Positions 59,101 to 64,000 of a stretch of DNA of 64,000 nt are shown piece after piece. Numbering within the stretch: position 1 is the stretch's first letter; each line of letters begins with the position of its first letter. Position numbers and translations under genes: made by a program. The DNA comes from Acidimicrobiaceae bacterium (GTDB lineage Bacteria; Actinomycetota; Acidimicrobiia; Acidimicrobiales; Aldehydirespiratoraceae), in the NCBI GenBank assembly GCA_026706815.1, contig JAPOYA010000029.1, forward strand, positions 4,556 through 68,555. Direction: 5' to 3'. The notes beneath the pieces were generated by a model. It searched no databases. It saw only the letters and a program-made list of their open reading frames with translations, and was not told the origin of the DNA.

Positions 59101-60903
59101 GTGAGTTCTAGAGTTCCTTTGAGTGAAGGCCTCGTAGTCGACGATCACATCTGGCGGCGCGGCGCGCGCTTGATCGCACGGTCGCTGCGCGCGCATCCGG
59201 GTCCTCATACGATTGCGATGATCGGTGCGACGCTGTTCGTGTTCGCTGCGGTCGGGGGCGCCTGGGTGTTGCGCGGAGTGACCGACGAGTTGATCATTCC
59301 GGCTTTCGACAGCAGCGCACTGGCCGAGACCGGCTTGGAAAGGAATATTTCGGGCGACGCGGTCTGGCTGGCGATGGCCGCGCTGGTCGGGGTGTCGTTG
59401 ATCCGCGGCGTCAGCGTGGTCACCCGCCGGTTCTTCCTGTCGATGGCTGAGTTCCGGACTCAGCGTGATTGGCGGCGTGGACTGCTGTGGCACTACCTCG
59501 ACGTGCCTCTGCGCTTCCATCGCTCGAAACCGACCGGCGAGTTGCTGGCGCACGCGGACATAGACGTGCAGATGGCCACGATGGTCCTCAAACCCCTGGC
59601 GTTCTCGTTGAGCGTGGTTCTGCTGGTGCTGGTCTCGGTTGTCAGCATTGCCTTGGTCCACCCGTTGCTGGCTTTGATAGCCGCGATCCTTTTTCCGACT
59701 CTGGTGATCGTCAGCCAGAAGTACACGTCTTTGGTGGAGGAGCCCGCGGCGCTCGCCCAGCAGCGTGTCGGCGATGTGTCGGCGATCGCGCACGAGAGTT
59801 TCGACGGCGCTGTGGTCGTGAAGACGCTGGGGCGTGAAGCCGCTGAGGTTGAGCGCATGCTCAAAGCCTCGGATCGGTTGCGGGAGTGGCGGGTGCGGGT
59901 CGGCCGCCTTCGGGCGAACTTCGAGCCTGTGATCGATTCGCTTCCCAACGTCGGCATTATTCTGCTGATCTTGGTCGGCACTTGGCTGGTGTCGCGCGGT
60001 TCGGCGAGCGAGGGTGACCTGGTGTTGGCGGCCACTCTGTTCGGGCTGCTCACGACCCCTTTGCGGGTGTTGGGGTTCTTTCTTGAGGAGTTGCCTCGTT
60101 CAGTGGTGTCCCTTGAACGGGTCGATCGGGTGATGGCGCATCCGCTCCAGGATCGCAGCGGCACCGCCGCGCTGCCCGATGGTCCGCTGGGTGTGGTCGT
60201 CGACGACCTGACGGTCGGGTACGCAAGCAGCGAAGCGCTGTCGGGAATGTCGTTTGTCGTCGATCCGGGTGAGACGCTTGCGTTGGTGGGGCCGACGGGG
60301 TCCGGCAAGTCCACATTGCTTGAATCCATCGCGGGTCTGCTCGAACACTCCGGCGGGAGTATCAGGATCGGAGGGGTTGCGGTTGGTGAACTCGCTCCTG
60401 AGGAGTTGTCGCGTGGGGTGGCTCTGGCGTTTCAAGAGGCTTTCCTGTTCGCCTCTTCGATTGCGGAGAACGTGGCGATGGGTCGGGCGGGTGTTGATGT
60501 CGACGGTTCGCTGCGGCTGGCTGAGGCCGACGGCTTCGCGGCTGCGCTGCCGTCGGGCTCTGCGACGGTGGTGGGCGAGCGCGGTCAGACGCTGTCGGGA
60601 GGGCAACGACAGCGGGTGGCGCTGGCCCGGGCGCTGGCCCGCTCGCCGCAGTTACTGTTGCTCGACGACGCCACAAGCGCGGTGGACCCGGTGGTGGAAG
60701 CCCGCATTCTCGACAACCTGGGTCAGCACCTCGACACCACAGTCATTGTGGTGGCCCACCGCATATCCACGATCTTGTTGGCTGACCGGGTTGCGTACAT
60801 CGAAGCCGGAAGAGTTGTGGCTGTCGGCCGACACGAGGATCTCCTGCAGCGTGAGGACTACCGCTCACTGGTGATGACATACGAACAGGCCGATCTGCCA
60901 TGA
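59101..60903 (+). CDS. ABC exporter, fused permease/ATPase (first of a heterodimer pair)
   Basis: Six-TM N-domain, Walker A 'GPTGSGKSTLL', signature 'LSGGQRQRVALARAL', and Walker B 'LLLLDDATSAVD'. Confidence 0.9.
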   Translation: MSSRVPLSEGLVVDDHIWRRGARLIARSLRAHPGPHTIAMIGATLFVFAAVGGAWVLRGVTDELIIPAFDSSALAETGLERNISGDAVWLAMAALVGVSLIRGVSVVTRRFFLSMAEFRTQRDWRRGLLWHYLDVPLRFHRSKPTGELLAHADIDVQMATMVLKPLAFSLSVVLLVLVSVVSIALVHPLLALIAAILFPTLVIVSQKYTSLVEEPAALAQQRVGDVSAIAHESFDGAVVVKTLGREAAEVERMLKASDRLREWRVRVGRLRANFEPVIDSLPNVGIILLILVGTWLVSRGSASEGDLVLAATLFGLLTTPLRVLGFFLEELPRSVVSLERVDRVMAHPLQDRSGTAALPDGPLGVVVDDLTVGYASSEALSGMSFVVDPGETLALVGPTGSGKSTLLESIAGLLEHSGGSIRIGGVAVGELAPEELSRGVALAFQEAFLFASSIAENVAMGRAGVDVDGSLRLAEADGFAAALPSGSATVVGERGQTLSGGQRQRVALARALARSPQLLLLDDATSAVDPVVEARILDNLGQHLDTTVIVVAHRISTILLADRVAYIEAGRVVAVGRHEDLLQREDYRSLVMTYEQADLP

Positions 60904-62894
60904 GCGGGTCGGCCAACTCGTCGCCCCCTCCGAGGGCTCCGGCTGCGCCCGGCGACAACAGAGCGCCCGGCTCCGGTCCCGCGGCTCCGACCGCGCCCGG
61001 CGACAGCGCCGCATCGGGGGTGGAAGAGGCCATTGCGCTGCTCGACGGCAACGCAGCGCCGGACGTCGGCGCTCTGACCGTGCTGCGGCGCGGGCTTGCG
61101 ATCAGTCCGGAACTGAAGTCCGGGCTGCGTGTGACCCTGGCGATGGCCTTCACCGCCGCGGCCGGACGTCTGATCGTGCCCATACTGGTGCAGCAGGTTC
61201 TGGACAGGGGACTGCTGGGTGAGGGGGGCTATCGACCCGGATTCGTGCTGCTCGCCTCGTGTCTGGCGTTCGGCATCGTGATCGTGGTCTTCGCAGCGGC
61301 CCGGACAACTCACATACGTCTGGTGACAGCGGCCGAATCATTGCTTCTGGGTTTGCGGATCCGTGCCTTTGAACACATCCACAAGCTGAGCATGGCCGAC
61401 CACACGGGGAGCAGGCGCGGTGTGCTGGTCAGCAGGGTCACCTCAGACGTGGAGTCGCTGGCACAGTTCACCCAGTGGGGCGCGTTGAGTTGGATCATCA
61501 ACAGCTCGATCGTCGTCGGAACATTGACGGTGATGACGGTCTACAACTGGAAGCTGACGCTTCTGGTCGTGCTGTGCCATCTTCCGTTGATCCCGTTCCT
61601 GCGTTGGGTGCAGGTCCGCCAGTTCGCCGCGTATGGACTAGTGAGGACCCGCGTGTCCGAAACGCTGGGTGAGACCTCCGAGGCGGTCTCCGGCGCGCCG
61701 GTCATCCGGGCTTACGGTTACGACGCCACGCTGCGGGAGCGCCTCGACGGGGTGGTCGACCGCCAGTACGGCGCCCAGCTTCGCTCGAGCATCTGGTTCG
61801 CCGGGATGCTCCCGGTAGTCGACTTCTTCTCGTCGTTGTCCTTGGCGATGGCGGTGGGTGCGGGCGTTTGGTGGAGCGGCAGCGTTGACGTCGGCGTGGG
61901 TGAATTGGTGGCGTTCTTGTTCCTTGTCAACATGTTGGTGAATCCCATCGCCGAAGTGGGCGAGGTGATGGATCAGACCCAGACTGCTCTGGCCGGATGG
62001 TGGAAGATCCTCGCTGTTCTCGACGTGCCGGTTGAAGTCGAGGAGCCAGAAGACGGCGTGGACCTTCCGGCTGGGCCGTTGGCGGTGGCGGTCGCTGGTG
62101 TCAACTTCCGATACCGAGACGGTGAGCAGGTGCTTCACGACGTCGATCTGTCGATTGCTGCGGAAAGCAATGTTGCGGTGGTTGGCGAGACCGGCAGCGG
62201 CAAGACGACACTGGCGCGTCTGTTGACACGGCTCGCCGACCCGACTGACGGCACGATCCTGGTCGGTGGAGTTGATCTGGCGACCGTCGATCCCGCATCG
62301 CGGCGCAGGGCGATCCGCATGGTTCCCCAGGACGGATTCCTGTTCGACACCTCGATCGGGGAGAACATCTGCTTCGGCCGCCCCGACGCGACCATCGACG
62401 ATGCCGTTGCCGCTGTCGATGCGCTCGGGCTCACCGACTGGCTCGCGAGGGTTCCAGGTGGTTTGGACGCGATTGTGGGGGAGAGGGGCGGTCGCCTCTC
62501 GGTCGGCGAACGCCAGCTTGTCGCATTGGCTCGGGCCCAGGTGGCCGATCCAGGCCTGTTGCTGCTCGATGAGGCTACTTCAGCGGTCGACCCCGAAACT
62601 GAAGAGGCGCTGGTTGCGGCTCTGAGCCGTCTGGCGGCGGGTCGAACCATGATTTCGATCGCCCACCGCCTGTCCACCGCGGAGCGGGCCGATCTCGTGT
62701 TGGTGTTCGACGACGGCCGGATCGTACAACAGGGCACGCACGAAGAACTCGTGTCAGTCGAGGGCGTCTACAGCACCATGTACGACTCCTGGATCGGCAA
62801 CACCCGCACCGATGCAACCGTTCAACTCCGCCAGTCGCTCAGGACCGTCGGAGAATCCCGTACTATTCGCTATGGTCGGCGGTCACGCTGGTAG
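60900..62894 (+). CDS. ABC exporter, fused permease/ATPase (second of the pair)
   Basis: Walker A '[14 protein letters not shown]', '[14 protein letters not shown]', and '[12 protein letters not shown]'. ATGA overlap with the upstream gene. The N-terminal Pro/Ala-rich ~40 aa are encoded by the dispersed repeat. Confidence 0.9.
   Translation: MSGSANSSPPPRAPAAPGDNRAPGSGPAAPTAPGDSAASGVEEAIALLDGNAAPDVGALTVLRRGLAISPELKSGLRVTLAMAFTAAAGRLIVPILVQQVLDRGLLGEGGYRPGFVLLASCLAFGIVIVVFAAARTTHIRLVTAAESLLLGLRIRAFEHIHKLSMADHTGSRRGVLVSRVTSDVESLAQFTQWGALSWIINSSIVVGTLTVMTVYNWKLTLLVVLCHLPLIPFLRWVQVRQFAAYGLVRTRVSETLGETSEAVSGAPVIRAYGYDATLRERLDGVVDRQYGAQLRSSIWFAGMLPVVDFFSSLSLAMAVGAGVWWSGSVDVGVGELVAFLFLVNMLVNPIAEVGEVMDQTQTALAGWWKILAVLDVPVEVEEPEDGVDLPAGPLAVAVAGVNFRYRDGEQVLHDVDLSIAAESNVAVVGETGSGKTTLARLLTRLADPTDGTILVGGVDLATVDPASRRRAIRMVPQDGFLFDTSIGENICFGRPDATIDDAVAAVDALGLTDWLARVPGGLDAIVGERGGRLSVGERQLVALARAQVADPGLLLLDEATSAVDPETEEALVAALSRLAAGRTMISIAHRLSTAERADLVLVFDDGRIVQQGTHEELVSVEGVYSTMYDSWIGNTRTDATVQLRQSLRTVGESRTIRYGRRSRW
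60934..61007 (+). repeat. Two copies (period 48 bp) of the dispersed repeat at the junction of the two ABC exporter genes
   Basis: GGGCTCCGGCTGCGCCCGGCGACAAC lies at 60934-60959 and GCGGCTCCGACCGCGCCCGGCGACAGC at 60981-61007. Confidence 0.75.
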
Positions 62895-62958
62895 CGTTCA
62901 GCGCGGTGCGCAGAATACCCTTTCGAAGACCCCGCATTGCTTATGGATGAGGATGCCC

Positions 62959-63945
62959 ATGAATGACCCTGTTCGCGTAGCCGTTAGCGGGGCAGCCGGC
63001 CAGATCGGCTACAGCCTTCTGTTCAGAATCGCCAGCGGTTCCATGTTGGGACCGGACCAGCCGGTCATTCTGCAGTTGCTCGAGATCCCGCCGGCCATGA
63101 ATGCGCTCGAAGGCGTGGCGATGGAGCTCGACGACGGAGCGTTTCCATTGCTCGTCGGCATCACCCAGAGCGACAATCCCAACACCGCTTTCGAAGGCGC
63201 CAACATTGCAATGTTGGTTGGTTCCCGCCCACGTTCCAAAGGCATGGAACGAAAGGACCTGCTCGAAGCCAACGGCGCGATCTTCACGGTGCAGGGCAAG
63301 GCGATCAACAACAACGCGGCGGACGACGTCAGGGTGCTGGTGGTCGGAAACCCGGCCAACACCAATGCGCTCATCGCCATGAACAACGCTCCGGACGTGC
63401 CCGACGATCGTTTCACGGCGATGACTCGTTTGGACCACAACCGTGCCATGGCCCAGTTGGCGGGCAAGCTTGATGTGTCAGTCAACGACATCAAGAGGAT
63501 GACGATCTGGGGCAACCACTCCGCAACTCAGTACCCCGATGTCTTCCACTGCACCGTCAACGGTTCTGATGCTGCGACCGCGATCGGAGATCGGGCTTGG
63601 CTTGCAGATTCGTTCATTCCGACCGTTCAGCAACGCGGCGCGGCGATCATCGAGGCTCGCGGACTGTCGTCGGCAGCTTCAGCGGCTTCGGCCGCGGTGG
63701 ACCACGTACGCGACTGGATGTTGGGAACCGATGATGGGGATTGGGTCTCGATGGCGATCGCCTCTGATGGTTCCTATGGAGTCCCGCAGGGATTGATGTC
63801 GTCGTTCCCGGTTGCCTGTGGGGGCGGCGAGCATGCCATCGTCGGCGGTCTTGAGATCAACGAGTTCTCACGAGACCGCATCGATGCTTCGGTCGCCGAG
63901 CTTGCCGAAGAACGTGAAACGGTCCGAGAACTCGGCCTGATCTGA
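62959..63945 (+). CDS. mdh: Malate dehydrogenase
   Basis: '[23 protein letters not shown]', '[16 protein letters not shown]', '[10 protein letters not shown]' and 'TRLDHNRA'. In-frame alternative ATGs lie at 62947 and 62953. Confidence 0.95.
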   Translation: MNDPVRVAVSGAAGQIGYSLLFRIASGSMLGPDQPVILQLLEIPPAMNALEGVAMELDDGAFPLLVGITQSDNPNTAFEGANIAMLVGSRPRSKGMERKDLLEANGAIFTVQGKAINNNAADDVRVLVVGNPANTNALIAMNNAPDVPDDRFTAMTRLDHNRAMAQLAGKLDVSVNDIKRMTIWGNHSATQYPDVFHCTVNGSDAATAIGDRAWLADSFIPTVQQRGAAIIEARGLSSAASAASAAVDHVRDWMLGTDDGDWVSMAIASDGSYGVPQGLMSSFPVACGGGEHAIVGGLEINEFSRDRIDASVAELAEERETVRELGLI

Positions 63946-64000
63946 CGCACAACCACAGTCATCGCGAGCTGCTGGAGATCTGGACCGTCCGGCCCGCGTG

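Overview
High-GC actinobacterial chromosome segment. The phylum call rests on a WhiB-family regulator with an AT-hook, a ClpS/DUF2017 pair and a DUF6226 protein. The window is dense, mostly housekeeping, and lacks any integrase, transposase, CRISPR array or rRNA. Core genes from left to right are yajQ, htpX, acs, clpB, purA-purB, malic enzyme, a FadH-like reductase, clpS, a large haem-copper oxidase cluster (ctaA / ctaB ... ctaCDEFG), serS, a crcB pair, pdxH, ccdA-tlpA, whiB7-like, pstSCAB-phoU-senX3-regX3, pcrA, sucCD, purH, plsC, mazEF, icd, an ABC exporter pair and mdh. There are four tRNAs: Tyr, Phe, Asp and Glu. The left ~5.3 kb looks accessory. It holds an HKD(PLD)-nuclease/SNF2-helicase fusion, a DUF433/DUF5615 pair, and an orphan Phd antitoxin whose vapC partner is cut off at an AT-rich repeat junction. 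Three observations stand out. (1) Three genes between ctaB and ctaC encode clear homologues of oxidase subunits I, III and actinobacterial-type IV, yet by my manual alignment they have lost every canonical metal or haem ligand. This looks like a cofactor-less shadow oxidase module. (2) A ~22-40 bp repeat family (core GCGGCTCCGGTTGCGCCCGGCG) occurs as tandem copies at five gene-gene junctions, always in the same orientation. It resembles mycobacterial MIRUs, including a locus at the senX3/regX3 junction. (3) The whiB7-like locus carries a full attenuation architecture: AT-rich site plus -35, uORF, hairpin, then an AT-hook WhiB. Many other short tandem or direct repeats sit at gene ends. All calls come from reading the sequence and ORF translations by eye. 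No database search was run, and start codons are often uncertain.
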